Shown: positions 28,065 through 42,632 of the stretch, in pieces | Layout of the letters: every line of letters starts with the position of its first letter | Position numbering within the stretch: position 1 is the stretch's first letter | NCBI RefSeq assembly: GCF_009914755.1 | Contig: NC_060936.1 | Reading direction: 5' to 3' (one strand) | Source of the DNA: the human T2T-CHM13v2.0 reference genome, Homo sapiens | Length of the DNA: 64,000 bases | The notes under the pieces: model-generated | Seen by the model: the letters and a program-made list of their open reading frames with translations, nothing else | Database searches by the model: none | Told to the model about the DNA's origin: nothing | Translations under genes and position numbers: made by a program

Positions 28065-29744
28065 TCAAAAGGTTAAAGCTTGCTATTTTATTTTTTAACC
28101 CTTTACAAATGACTGCTCCTTCTGGTCAGTCAGTCCATAAAGAAATGTAGTGAGCAATTATAATGTGCCAGACATTCAACAAGGGCACAGTCCCTGTCCT
28201 CATGGGGCTTTTCAGGGAAGCACGCATCAAAAAAATAGTTACAAGTGTGATGAGAACTGCAAAAGAAAAATACTGGCTGTGTTGGGAGGCTCTGACAGAC
28301 AGTCTCCAGGGAACAGATGTTCTGAAGACAAACTAGGAGTCAGCCATGGGGACGAGCTTTCCAGGAGGCGCCAACACGTGGAAGAAATGCACTGCTTGTC
28401 TGAACAGCTCTGAAGTGGAGCGTGGCTGGGGCAAGAGCTGTGCGCTTGGAGGTGATATCAGGCTGGGAATGAGGCAGTGGGAAGGTGTGCAGGCCCCCGG
28501 GGCCCAGGCTCACACATACTGGAAGCACAGTGGGGACTGAAGCAGCATATGACAAGGTCAGATTCCACCAGGCTTAGAACACTCACTGGCAATGATGGAT
28601 GGTAACAGAAGCACAGCTAAACCCAAGTATCCCAGAAAACCAGAGGAAACACTGCTCTTCAAGAGCTGCGATGCCCTGGGAGGCCTGTTTTGTGCCATTT
28701 TCACCAGCCCGTACTGCTCATTTTCCTCTCCTCTTGTTTATTCCTCTAATCTCTGGCTACACAGCGGTTTTCTACCACTATCCTCCTACCACTGATGTGG
28801 GCAGCCTAGAAAACTTGCCTTACATTTCTAAAGCTCAGTTAAAGCTTAAGATTCAGGGTTTATTCCTAAGGAGCAGAGCCACTGGGTCTGACATGGCACA
28901 GATGATGGGAGGACACTGGCCTACCTCCTTGGCCTTGGCCTCCACTGGCTATTTCTCCTGGGGTTGTTGTTCCTTTAAGGCTAAGTCCTGAGCTCTGCAG
29001 GAGCTTATTTTATTTTTCCCAGTCCTATTTGGCAGAATACAGTAGAGCCAAGTCCTACCTTTTTTTGACCCTCTTCGCAGACAACTGGCCAACCTGTTCC
29101 CTGACTTCCTGCTCTGCCCTAAGGAATAGGCATTAATAGACCAGGAAACGTGGCTCTTTTTCCTCAGAAGAAAGTCAGACAAATACAACAAAAGTGCCTG
29201 GCTCTGACATCCTACTGGTATTCAACCCCTTTCAAAACTAACCAGAAATGTGACTTCTAGCCACATAGTCAGGAAGTCAGCAAGTGGACAAAGCCACAAG
29301 CACAATGTCCTTCATTCAGATAGGAACGTCCAACAATTCTTAGCACACAGCAAGCCCTCAACAAATGTTTGATGAATGAATGAATGAACAAGATTAGAAG
29401 ATTCATCTAAATTCCAAGTTTAAAACAATACCTGAAATCATGGTGTAAGGGTTTTAAAATCCTTCCTAACTGTACAAGGAAACATCACAAATGAAATAAA
29501 ATACAAAGCAATTGGCCAGAGACTACTACCTGTCAACCATCTTTAGCAGTGTTGTTTTGAAGATCAGAGTGCATGGAAACAAAGGTCTTATCTCACTCAC
29601 TGGGCTGATACTCAGCTATGACTGAAAATCTCGTGCTCCTTCTTTCTGAGTTAGCAGCAGATGGATTCATTCAAGCTATCTTGGCATGTTCCTGAGGGCA
29701 GCACCATGTGGAACATGATTTGCAGACCCACAGAATCATTGTAA

Positions 29745-29985
29745 CAGCAGCTAACATTTACAGAGGGCTTCATTCATGCCAGACCCTATGCTAAATGCAT
29801 TCTGTGCACGACCTCATCTAATTCCAATGACCCTGTAAAAGCAGGTTCTAATTAATAACTCTATTTTATAGATGAAGAAACTGAAGCACTGAGAGATTAA
29901 GCCACCTGTGCAAGGATACACGGCTGATGAGTGGCAGGGCTGGGATGTGAACCTGGAGCTGTCCGATTCTAAAATCCACACTCCT
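29745..29985 (-). mobile_element. MIR
   Basis: ATTTTATAGATGAAGAAACTGAAGCACTGAGAGATTAAG core. Confidence 0.8.
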
Positions 29986-30048
29986 AAATGCTACTGAGAT
30001 CCCAAGTTCTACCACAAGGCAGGAGAGGAGAAGGCCTCTGCTTTACAC

Positions 30049-30260
30049 TAGGGTGGGCAAACTTTTTCTGTAAGGAGCCAGAGAGTAAATATTTTAGGCT
30101 TGTGGGCCATATATGGTCTTTGCCACAACTATTCAACTCTGCTTTGTAGCACAAAAGAAGCCAGAAATAACATATAAACAAGTAAATGTGGCTTCATTCT
30201 GATATAACTTTATTTACAAAAATAAGATGCTGGCCCAAGAGCCATGGATTACTGATCCTG
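30049..30260 (+). mobile_element. MER58A-like hAT-Charlie MITE
   Basis: AGGGTGGGCAAACTTTTTCTGTAAGGAGCCAGAGAGTAAATATTTTAGGCTT...TTTATTTACAAAAA. Confidence 0.8.
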
Positions 30261-32099
30261 CTTTGTCATCAGATGTCTCAAAGACCCATTCTTTTGCCAC
30301 ACCCTCTGCAGGAGGCTCTCTTAAGCTACACCATTTCAGATCCCAGGAGCTTCTACTCTTCTAATTCATTCTTTTCTTTATTTTAGTCAACTCTAATATG
30401 TTACTTCCCCATATATGCCTCCTTCAGAGACTGGTCAACACATATACCCACCCTCCAGGCCTTCCAAACAAGCAGGGACCATGGGCCACTCAAGTTCTTC
30501 CTCAGAGCTTACTGGCAAATGCTCCGAATGTAATGGAAAGACCTGCCAGGGAACTGCCAGCATCAGGCTGTACCCAAAGCTCAAGGGGAGAGCACTCATG
30601 TGCCACTCACACAGCCACACAGCTCCACCTCCGCTCAGGGAAGAAGGGGCACAGCGTGCAACACACAACAGCTGCCTTCCAAAACGACTTCGAACAACCA
30701 GACTCTCTGGGTCTCTCCTAGGAATACCATTTGAAAATGCTGCGTGTTTTCCTATGTGTAATATTTCAGGGTGCAAGACCAACTATGATTCTGTGCAGCC
30801 AGTATGAGTTCATCGGAAACCAACATGCTTACAACACAGCCTGTCACCTGCCCTGAACAGAGCACATTGTGTGAAAAGTCTTTCAAAAGAGATCAACTTT
30901 AATCTTACTCATACTTAAGCTACTGTACACAAAGGTTGTAAGAAATGCTTTACCAACATCAGCTAATTAATCCACGCCCTGTGCCCTGTGAGGTAGGCCT
31001 GCAAAAATATCTCTACAACAGGACTTGCAAAACTGGAGCCCGAGTGAGGAGTAAATATTAGCAATAACATCAATAAAGATAGCTGCTAACCCTGAGTCTG
31101 CCCTAAGTGCTTGATGTTGCTGTTAAATGTTTTTCATATATTATCACATTTAATCCTCACAGTGCACCCATGAAGTAGATACTATTATTATTTCCATTTT
31201 GTAAACGTGGAGACTAAGCTTCAGAAAGGATAAATAACTTTCTAAAGCCACATGACTAGTGACTGGCAGGCAACAACTTAATGCAGGACTCGAAATCAAA
31301 AGCTCATGTTCTGACTATTATGCTATTCCAATCTAAAGTCCAAAATTGCACCTACTCAATACTCAGGTGGGCAGGACCTGTAGGGCCCATAGATATGAAC
31401 CTAAGTCCCACACTTTTCTAGTGGTAGAAGAGCAAAAGACGTGGGCTAAAGTGGGAATTCTCAATGGAGTTCCATGAGCAGCATTGTTTTGGGCACTCTG
31501 GGCCGCTCTGGCTGCCATCTACACTATGCACCGCTTTGTGAGAAGCCCTGAAAGGACACCCTGAGGAGGGTTTGCTGACAGCATCTCCCATGCTCAACAG
31601 AACCTCCCGGGGCTGTTGCCAAGGCAGAAAATCAAGTGGCTAGCAAGCCTGAAAGGAAAACTGGGCATTTGGCAAAGGAATGTTTATCTTTCTGTAGCAC
31701 AGAACGCTAACTAAATGCAACTGTCACCTGAAACCCCCAAGGGCCTCTGTGCGCAGCAGCATCCACGGTGAATATGAATGGAGAGGCTAGAGAGTGGGGT
31801 GGAGGAAATCCACATCGATCTATACCAACTATTTGGCTGGAGATGTTGCCTAGTCACATTCAGTACCCAGTGTTTATCACAAAGCTGGCGGTCACGGGTC
31901 GCACTAGTTCAGGAGCCCCTAGAGACAGGATGCACACAGGGAGTAGTGAGGGGTGTGGCAAGAACGCGGCTGGAGCGTCTCATGCGAGGCAGGCCACGGG
32001 GGGATGCCTGCTGGACCTGGACTTTATTCCAGCGGCAGTGGGGAAGCACCAAGGAACTCAGGCAGGAGTATGAGAAGCTCAGGCACAGGTGGAAGAAAA

Positions 32100-33000
32100 C
32101 CAGGAGTGGTGGTGGTGGGAAGAAAACACTGAAGTGGGAGAGAGAATAGATGAGGGGGACTGATCAGGAGGCCACTTGGAGAAGCTGAGATAAACAAGTG
32201 TCTGAGCCTGAGGCAGACAGTGCAGAGCGGGGCATGGAGGTATTCCTGAGGCAGAAACAGCAGGGTGTGGTGAGTGAGGAAAGTGGGGGAGTCAGAAAGA
32301 ACTGTGCTGCCCATGTGGAAGGCCAGATGGAGAACGGTGCCTTCAGCCAAGGAACTGAGGAGGGGATATGAATTTGGAAATGACAACAAAGTGTGCCGTT
32401 GAGATGTCCTTGCTTTTAGGTGGAGCTGTCCCAAATTCAGTCCTTCATTCAACACCTATGGGGCCAGACTGCTACCTACCAAACACTGAATGGGGCCAGA
32501 CATGGTGTAGGGCACTGGCAACATCTAACTCTGAGCTCTGGGAGCTGAGAGTCCATGAAGGGACAAGGAAACCCCGTCATTATGTCTTAAGTGCTCTGAC
32601 CAACAAGTGTACAAGGCATTTGGGCACACTGGCGAAGGGCAATGGCACTTCGGCCAGGAAGGGAGAGGAGGAAGGAAGAAAAGGTGTCAGAGAAACTTTG
32701 TCAGGCTTGCGGTCAGTCTCAGAGGCCAGGAAAGACATCTGCCAGGGCAACAGGTTAATAAAGAAACAGGCAGCAGGAGTGGCAGAGCAAGAGTGGAGGG
32801 TGTGCAAAAGGTCTGGCATGTTCTGGGACAGCCAGCAACAAGACAAGAGGAGCAGGCTGAGATGCAGCTCATGAAGGATTTAGCATGCCTTGCTGAGGAC
32901 TTTATGCCTTTTCCTTGTGGTTACAGAGAGCCACGGAGGCGTCTGAAGATGAGGAGGTGACGGGAAGGTTTTAAGTAATCCAGCTGCGGTGTGGAGGAAG
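32100..33000 (-). mobile_element. L2 fragments (intron 2)
   Basis: Purine-rich L2-like motifs GATGGAGAACGGTGCC, CATTCAACACCTATG, GAGCCACGGAGG. Confidence 0.5.
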
Positions 33001-34299
33001 AATGAAAAAGGGAAGACGTCTTCCTGACGACAGGAACTGCAATCGCCCAGGGAAGAGCTAAAGCTAACTCTGCACAGTAACAACAGGCAAACGTTGTTTC
33101 GAATAAAGACCCAGAGTCTGGAAAGTGGCAAGGGCCAGAAAAGGATTCAGAAATGGCCAGGTAGTTGCTAAAGTGATCTTGCCCAGGGAGTGAACACAGA
33201 CTCGCCAGAGAAGGATTCCAAAGGAATTCTGCAGGACCCCAAGACTTCAGGGAACCACCAAGAACAAGGGGCAGAGCCCAGGAGGGGGCCAGGAGACAGC
33301 CTGTCAGAGGAGCCAATGGAAGACAGTTTCGAGGGGGGTGTTATTAACAGAATCAGATGTTGCCCATGGGCAGAGTGGAGAGAGGCTGTGAGCCAGGCAC
33401 TAAGCAGCCTCCCATGCAAAGTGGAGGCCAAGACCAGACTGAGGTGGCTTGAGGAACAAATATCAGATGTTTGGCGAGGAGCCAAAGATGGCACATACTG
33501 CTGTTCCTTCAAGAAAGGATGAGAGGACTAAACTTCTATTTAACCCAAATAGCAGTGCCAGTGTACAGTGCTATTGCAACTATTATTATCATAAAACAGA
33601 AGACGGTTCTGTTCACACTGAGAGCACTCTGTGAGCAGAGACTGATCTTAGCATTTTACAGGTATTAACATGATTAACTCACAAGAACCCTCTGAGGTGG
33701 GTATTCTTATGGCCTTTGTTTAGCTGATAAGGAAACTCAGGCAATCAACTGATGATGGCTCGACCTGCCCAAGGTTACACAGCAAGCGGCTGAGCCAAGA
33801 CTGGAACTCAGATCTGTGAAGTCCAAGGTCACACACTTAACTCCTGTACCTGAGTGAGTGAGCCTCACCCAGAATAATCTAAAAGCAATCAACAGCTTTT
33901 AGATTGCTATCTGAAAGCTACCAATGCCAGCATGAGGGAAAGCTGCAGACCAAGTGCAGAACCCAGGTCTAAGAAGTCGTTACCAAGAGCCATTCACGCC
34001 CTCTGCTCCCTCCGACCTTAAGCTACATATGCACCTCCTCTCAGTGCCTGTCAGATAAGCCTCAATGTGACTGGTTTTCAGGGCTGCTAAAACACACTGA
34101 TTAGAACATTTATGGATAAAAACTAATGAAACCAAGAAAGTTATTCTGGGATACAAAAAGGAACTGGGTCCTGCCTCTAGCGTATTACAAAGCTGTGGGC
34201 TGATAAACAAGGGTGGTTCTTCCATGATGACAAGAGGAGCCTCTAAAAGCTTACACTTCTTTGGCCTCTGCTGCCATTAATGGTGGCTAGCGTGTCAGG

Positions 34300-34520
34300 A
34301 GAGCAAGCATAGTGGTTAAGAGCGAGCGCAGGCTTTGCAGTCAAAGATCTGGGTTTAAAATTCTGCCATTCATCAGCTGTGTGACCTTAGGCAAGCTACT
34401 TAACCTCTCTGAGTCTTAGCTTCCTCATCTGTAAGCACATACTATACAAATACCTCCCCTCTGTTGTGAAAGCTGAGTGGCCAGCCTAGTGCGTGGCACT
34501 TTTATGTGCCTAAGAAAGGC
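34300..34520 (+). mobile_element. MIR
   Basis: AGCATAGTGGTTAAGAGC...CTGTGTGACCTTAGGCAAGCTACTTAACCTCTCTGAG. Confidence 0.85.
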
Positions 34521-36684
34521 CACTATTTTCACTCTTAAAACATGCAGCTGTGACCCTGATCTGCCTCCTAGGTGCTTCTCCCTCCCCCATGACAAACTCA
34601 CACTCCTGGATGCTCACTACTGTCATCTGGTTTCCCACTCGGTACATTCACTTGTTTAGCTTGCTATCTATATCATCATTCTAAAGAAAAGTACTTTTTT
34701 CTTTACATACCAAATTATGCATACTTTACTCCTATTCCCTCCCACTGTCTTTACCCCAATTTGAGAAAATACTACTTCCACCTCCAATTCGGGCTTCTAG
34801 GATCAGGAGTTTTAAGATCAACTTTCAGGATCAGTAGTTCTGTATTCTGAAAGCTTTGGTTAAGAACGACTGCAGACATGTAACTGTTAAATTAAACCTG
34901 TTTTGCTGAAGGAAAGTGAGAGTCTTAATCACGGTTCTCATTTCAAAAAAATTCCATCCCAAATTTACTTAAAAAAAAAAAAGCAAAAACAAAACCAAAA
35001 AATCTCATACAAACTGAAGGTAGCAACTACAGAGGTTTGTCATCTGGTGGAAGAGAATGCCAGGTTACAAGGGTTGCCAGGTTTCGTGAATACCGCTGGG
35101 GATAGCCTTCCTGTCCTGCCCGCCAGGGACATTATTACCCCTGGCCCCACTTTCTCAGTACAACAGCTGAGAGGAGAAGCAAGATGACCTAAATAAATTT
35201 CACTGTAAGCCCCTAACAAATCCATTTTAAAAGATTAGAAAATTTTAAACCTCTTTAGGAAAGAAGAATATTATGGCCGAGATGCAGAATGAAAATAAAT
35301 ATTAAATGTGTTGAATGCAAAATTTGAGAATTAACTGAATATATATGCATATGCATCTATTTAGACATAACTGAAGTTTTTAACTTATTTAGCCAATAGT
35401 TTGAAAAATAGACTGTTCTAAGTAACCAGGCTCTTCTCTGTTAATGCACTGGAAAGGTACACTACTACTTTCATTCAAAGGACCCACAATGGACTATTGC
35501 CAGACGTGACTCCAGGGACTACTGTAAGATGCTGAAAACAGCTTAGAGCCTATAGTTTCATTCTAGAGGTTAAGACAAACAAAATTTAAAATTTCCCCAA
35601 ACTAGCCACAATCAGCAAAACTGCTCATAGAAGTTTTCCTCTAGTTTTTCTTGTTCTTCCTCTTTCTAAAACTAAGGTCTCTGAAGGGCATTCGCAATAT
35701 CAGCATCCAGAAATATACCGTGTAGTCTGATTAAAATATCTTTTATGAACACTTATCATTTATCAGCAGCGTAAGCCTGCTTTTGAAAATATGATAATGA
35801 AAAACTGTATCTTGCGGAGAGTCTGTTTTTACAAAGGAAATTATAAAACTATCAATCAAATTCAACATGCCTAGGTATAAAATATTTATGGAATAACGTG
35901 CAATGAAACCAAGAAAACATAACTTTAGGGGAAAAAACTTGAATGAAAACACTGAGAAATATACTATCTTAAAATATATATATGAAAACAAACAGATCAA
36001 AACAGGAATCAGAAAAGATTTCTTTCTTCAATTAAAAACAAAACGAAACACCTAAGCTTTCAAAGAAACCTGAAAAACCAAGTGTCCTTGGCCCAGCCAA
36101 TCTGAACACAGCTGATCACTGCTTGACTCTGTCTTTGAATCTGGCAGCACTAACCAGACATTCTCACCAGCCTGTGCTGCAGGAAACGCTGAGGCAGGAG
36201 GAAGGGTTTCTGGCCAGCAGGAGAACCCACGTGATGATCATATGCTGCGCATTAAAAGCTGGGTTACAGCCTCTAGGAAGGAAAGACCCACTTAATTTTG
36301 GCAAAATGTCGTTTTCTGCCTCAACAGAAAAAAATGCATGAGACAGCGTTTGGATAACCCCAAGTAGATGATTCTGACAGACACCGAAAGGCAGAACAGA
36401 GACTCCTCAGAGTGACAGAGACACAGTCTCTCACGTCTTGGGTTTTTAAGCCTTAAATAAGAGACAAATCACTTAGTGACGAAATACAAATTGCTGAATA
36501 GCAAGCAATTTCAGGTATAAGCCCAGTAAGAACATTCCTGTTTTCTTAAATCTAGAATATTTAGGGAAAAATACAAAAACAAAAATTGACGAAGTTCTCA
36601 TTTCTCTAAATTCTGAATGTCTTAACAAAACACATAAAATCACAGGTGAACACATAATTCTTTTGGTCATTAAAACTAGTTCTA

Positions 36685-36962
36685 GCTACTCAGAAGGCTA
36701 AGACAGATCACTTGAGGCCAGGAGTTTCAGACCAGCCTGGGCAACATAGTAGGACCTTATCTCTACCAAAAATCAAAAAGAAAAAAAATTAGCTGGGTGT
36801 GGTGGTGTGCACCTGTAGTCCTAGCTACTTAGGAGGCTGAGGCAGGAGGATTACTTGAGCCGTGGAGTTAGAGGCTACAGTGAGGTATAATCATGCCACT
36901 GTACTCCATCCTGGGTGACAGAGTAAGACCCTGTCTCTGAAAATTAAAAATAAAAAAAAAAA
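36685..36962 (+). mobile_element. 5'-truncated AluJ
   Basis: GATCACTTGAGGCCAGGAG...A tail. Confidence 0.9.
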
Positions 36963-36972
36963 GACTCTAGTC

Positions 36973-37104
36973 CTTTTTTTAATATTTACAAAAATTTTGT
37001 GTAGATACAGGTCCTCACTATATTGACTAGGCTGGTCTCAAACTCCTGGCCTCAAGCAATCCTCCCGTCTTGGTCTCCCAAGTGCTGGGATTACAGGCCA
37101 GCCC
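36973..37104 (-). mobile_element. FLAM/Alu left monomer, inverted, tail-to-tail with the preceding AluJ
   Basis: GGCTGGTCTCAAACTCCTGGCCTCAAGCAATCCTCCC...GTGCTGGGATTACAGGC. Confidence 0.85.
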
Positions 37105-38006
37105 AAAGCTAGTTCTAATTAATAAGTTACACTTATACCTTACTGCATAGTTTGCCTATCTATATCTCCAGCCCTGTACTCTGGATCTGAACTTCCAACA
37201 AGATCTCTTTATCCACTTTGATGTCCCATGAACTCCTCAAAATCAGTGTTTCCAGAGAGAATTACAGTTGGGCATCCCCATGACAGATATGCACTCACAG
37301 GCACGCACACACACTCATACGCACCCTGCGCCTCTTCCTGTGTTCTCCCATGTATCCACCCTGCCGTTCCAGATGAATACCTGAACATCATTCTTGATTC
37401 ATCCTTTACCACCTGACCCCTTCATACCCAATCAATCACCAATCCACCTCCTAAATACCTCTCAAGTACAGCTGCTTCTTTCCACTTCTACTGCCACCTC
37501 CCCTATGCTTAGGAGTGAAGAGTCTCAGCTTGGCTCCAGCTGATTTGCTCTGCCATGAATTAAATGGGTGCACCTGGACAAGTTTCTCACCATCAGAATC
37601 CTTAAGTCTCCCAACCAATACCATAGGCATAATAACAATAACAATACCCACCTCAGAGTTGTTAGGGGAATTTAAATAAAATAATCAACATAAAAGCCCC
37701 TGGAAGTTCCTGGATGCTATTAAGTATTCAATAAATCTCAACTCTTACAATCACCCTCCTTTTGCGTGCCCAGCACAACCCCACTAGGTTAGGTGGCTCT
37801 CCTCTCCTGGCCCCTCTAAGGCTCTCTGGTGATTGCTTTGTCTGCCTCCCAACCCAACAGTCAGCTCCCCAACGGCAAGGACTGAGTCTTATTCCCATAT
37901 GATGGGAAATGACTAATAAAACAATGAGCAGTAATAGAGTGGTGAACCTATGTAATAAGAAATGACTATATATATTAGTAAGAGCTATATACTACTGAAT
38001 GTGGTA

Positions 38007-38222
38007 TAGGTTAAGTACCCTGCATCTGAAATGCTTGGGACCAGAAGGATTTAGGATTTTTTCAGATTTTGAAGTATTTGCTGTATCAGTCGAGCTTCCC
38101 AAATCCAAAACTCCAAAGTGCTCCAATGAGCATTTCGTTTATGTGTCGTGTCAGCACTCAAAAAGTTACAGATTTTGGAGCATTTCGGATTTTGGATTTT
38201 CAAATTTGGGATGCCCAATCTA
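38007..38222 (+). mobile_element. Tigger4/MER46-like TcMar MITE
   Basis: Degenerate TIRs TAGGTTAAGTACCC / GGGATGCCCAATCTA flanked by TA; internal GAAATGCTTGGGACCAGAAG and GATTTTGGAGCATTTCGGATTTTGG. Confidence 0.8.
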
Positions 38223-38942
38223 TATTCCTTAAGAGATTATTAATGAGAAAAATATCAACACATAAGATTTAAGTCAGCAAGGAATCAACAATGAAAATGA
38301 TCAGTTACCATAATATTGTGATGTGTTCAATGCTTTGTAACATAAAGCATTTTATTTTTAAGTAACTCATAAATCTTCTCTTAGAAAGCAACATACATGG
38401 GCACTTCTTGACATTAAAAAGATTCACTTTTGCTACTCAGCAATTTCTTTTGCATGCTTTTGCAAGCCAGAGATATTTGTTCCACAAACAAAGAAGCCAC
38501 CCGATAGTTTCAGAACTGTGACTCAAGTCTTTTCAGAGGAAGCAGTTGAAAAAACATCTCTGCCCTCCCACACTGACATCTAAGACTCTGCCCATTTATG
38601 AAAAAGACAAAGAGTATGTGTCAAAATACTGGACCCACTTATTCACAAGTAGGAAGAGGAGACTCAAATGTTTCCCACTGGGTTGAATTTAAAAAAAAAA
38701 ATTAGGAGCAGTTATGTGGCCCATCTCTAATGGTTCTAATTAAAGACAAATCACTCTTAAGCAATGAGAACAGACTGTCCTTAGGTTTTTGAGGTGAAAA
38801 GTAGTGAGAAAACAGTTCTGATTTTGTTTCAAAATCTTAAATGATGTTTTTCGGATTCCAATTTCTCAACCTCTGAGGGAAGTTCAGGATGAGGGGAGAG
38901 AATGCCCACTCTGCGGTATCCAGGTGAGGGGTGGCAGCATAC

Positions 38943-39041
38943 CTGGGCTCCATAGACGCGCTGCATTGCCTGGAGCAGCTGGTTGGTATAGTCTGTGAGG
39001 GTGCCAGCATCTTCTTCAAACACGCTCAGTAAAGAGCGAGT
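38943..39041 (-). CDS. APPL2: APPL2 exon 2 (TRSLL...VYGAQ, 99 nt, phase 0-0)
   Basis: Polypyrimidine tract + CAG acceptor; donor CAG|GTATGC. Confidence 0.97.
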
Positions 39042-39517
39042 CTGGAAGAAAAGAAGAAAAAAGGTCAATTTCATTTCTAAGTGGAAAAGTTACAGAGGAG
39101 GAGGAAGATCCACACACCCGCACATGCAGAAACCAGAATGCGAGGAAAGAAAGGTACCTGTTGGTTCCCTGGCTTCTTTTATTGATAGTACCAGTACCAT
39201 TTGATTCCTGGAGCTCTGGTTTAGAGCTCGCTTTCTAATCCTTTAGACTACAGTGTCAGGGCAATTTCAGAATTGGAGCCAGAAAAGCCAGTTTTTAAAA
39301 GATTATGACTGAAGGGCTATTATCTGTTCTGACTTTAGCCCCTACCTAAGCACCAGTAAAGTCTATCCAATAAAAAAAGTGTTTAAAAGGGCAGCCTCTC
39401 CTCTCAAGTCCATAAGATAAACACAGGTCAGGCCTATCTGTGTACCTGGGGTGTGGTCATCTAGCACAGCTGTAGTGTGATCATCCCAGCAGGAACCAGC
39501 AGTCTGGTTTTTTGTAA

Positions 39518-39897
<380 letters not shown>

Positions 39898-40825
39898 TGC
39901 TTGTTTTTAATTATATTTTATTCAACCATTTTCAAACTCACGGCCAAGAAATTTCACAACCCCTGGGCCCACCAGCAGCAGCTCTGGACATAAAACTCAA
40001 ATAGCAACTTAATAAGAATGCTAGTTTACCGTTTTTAGGAAGACAAACTCCTCAGTGCTCAGAGAGCAGCTGAGCAAAGTCATAAGCTGAAAGGCATTTC
40101 CTATCATTTTCATCCACGGTGCTCAGAACACAAAAAGCACTAGAGAAATATTTACATACTGGATGGTGTACGAACAAGAATTAAGGTGCACAGAGGCAGA
40201 TCTACTCAAGGGATTTTCGTTAATGTGCCCAGCACAGTGGGAATTTAAAGTACTATGTTAGCAATAATTGGATCACAACTTCAAAATATAACCCATTAGG
40301 CATAGAATGAAGAATAATTTCAGGAATGCCTTTGAGGTGATATCAAAGCACTTTACCAAATACAACTCACTAAGGCTCATTATTTCCCTGCAAATAAATT
40401 GCAATTCCTCCTTTTCTTTTTCTAACTTATTTCAGGTAAAGGAACAGTAACTGACCCCAAAGCACCCTCAAAAAACTAGAATAAGAACCTATGCATTGGG
40501 ATCATTACCTCCCACCACACATGCTCTACCCAGACTCTGCTCCAAAACTCTGATGCGCTTCACAGCAATGCATGCTTATCCCGCTTTGCCCAGTCTTCCG
40601 GGCTAAAAACACCAGGACTAATGTACTGTCTTCAGTACCAATGCTTATCCATAGAAGAGCCACTGTGCAATAATGAATAAGGAAATTGTAACATCATGTT
40701 TAAAAAAGCTCTCAGTGAAAGAAAAACAACACAGAATTTGTACAGTGTATAATTTGTGTTAGAAGAGCTCTCTGAACTTTCAAAAATTCATAATCACAGT
40801 ATGAAATACATCAGGACCTGAACAA

Positions 40826-40978
40826 AGGTTTTCCCAAACAATATTTATCGATAATATGCATACACATTGTGGCTTTTTCCTATTTTAGTCTATTCCATTT
40901 ATAAACAAAAATTGTGGTTGTGACCCACTGGATTTCATAATCTACTAATGGATGTCAACCAGTAGGTTAAACACACTG
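40826..40978 (+). mobile_element. Possible hAT-Charlie MITE relic
   Basis: GTTTTCCCAAAC...GGTTGTGACCCACTGGATTTCATAATCTACTAATGG...AAACACACTG. Confidence 0.45.
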
Positions 40979-41807
40979 ATTCAGGAGAATGAGAAGTGAT
41001 ATAACTGGATTGTGGCTAGTTTTTTCAAAAATACTACTATGTCCATTTAGCCAAATCCTGTTTATTGCATTTAATACTCTAAGGGATAAAAACAGACTGG
41101 AAGAAAAGAGGTAAAAAGGGAAAGAGAGGGTTTGCATGAATGTCCTCCACAAAGAGGGTAGAAAGAAAACTAAAATTACCACTTACTCTGTACCACCTAT
41201 GTGCTGGACGCTGTGCTGGGCACTAAACATATGTGACTTCATTTAATTCTTCTAGCAACTCTCCAAGGTAGATTCCATGGTTCCATTAACTTCATTTTAC
41301 TGATGATGAAACTGAGGCTCATCAAGGTTAAGAAATGTGTTCAACCTCCCACTGTAGGAATGTGGCAGGGCTGGGATGTAAATGGGTCGGCAGCACTGAG
41401 GTCACCAGCAGGGTGGCTCTCATCAGCGAGCATGATCTTTGGTCCACAGCGTACAGCCCTGACTGGAGGCAGGACAGGGGCAGACTGGAGCTGGATGCTA
41501 CTACCATGTTCCCGCCCACAATACCTGCCAGAGAACTACATCACAAGTGTCCTTTTTCCTTATATCGTGGAAATGCAACTGTGATGCCCATTAGAACTGA
41601 CAGGGAAACTCTGGTCTTCCCTTTTTAATTTAACTTGGCAGTGATCACCTCTGGAAAAAATATAACCAGCTACCTTGGACACTGGCTATCCTCATTTACT
41701 ATACTGTGTCTGCTCAAACTTTGGTTTGGAACAACAGAGATATTCTGAGACATAAAGAAGGAATGAGACCAAGAATAAAGCAAAGGCACACCAGTAGCTC
41801 AAAATCC

Positions 41808-41838
41808 CACGGTCAGAAAGACACGGTCAGAAAGACAC
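41808..41838 (+). repeat. 14-bp perfect tandem duplication (CACGGTCAGAAAGA x2.2)
   Basis: Direct reading. Confidence 0.9.
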
Positions 41839-42335
41839 TGGTATATCTCACTTACAAAGATAACAACAGCAATCATTTATGGGGTTACTATGGCATGCCA
41901 GCATGGAGACACTTTACATATGTTACTTGTTCTTCCTAACAACTCAACTAAATAGCTATTTTTATTTTTATTTTACATACCTCCAAACACAACCTCAGAG
42001 AGATTGAGTAACTTGCCAAAAGTAACAGTAGCAGATTCAGGAGTGGAATTCCATCCATTTTCTACTGCCCGACACTTTTAAGGGTATGCTCGGCCAGAGA
42101 AACAAATCCAAGCACCCTATGCACACAGCCTCAGCTCCCTATCACTCCTTTACCTTAAAGAAACTGGGTATTACCTAATAAAACACTCCTAGACATTCTC
42201 AAGAATAGTGTGTGTAATTGTGTAGTGGCCCAATGTTAACACCACTGACTACTGAGAAAATTTTAAGGTTATAAACAAAGTTCTTATCTCCATAATTTGG
42301 TGGAGGAAGAGAATGTCCTAGTGAAAAGAACCAAG

Positions 42336-42632
<297 letters not shown>

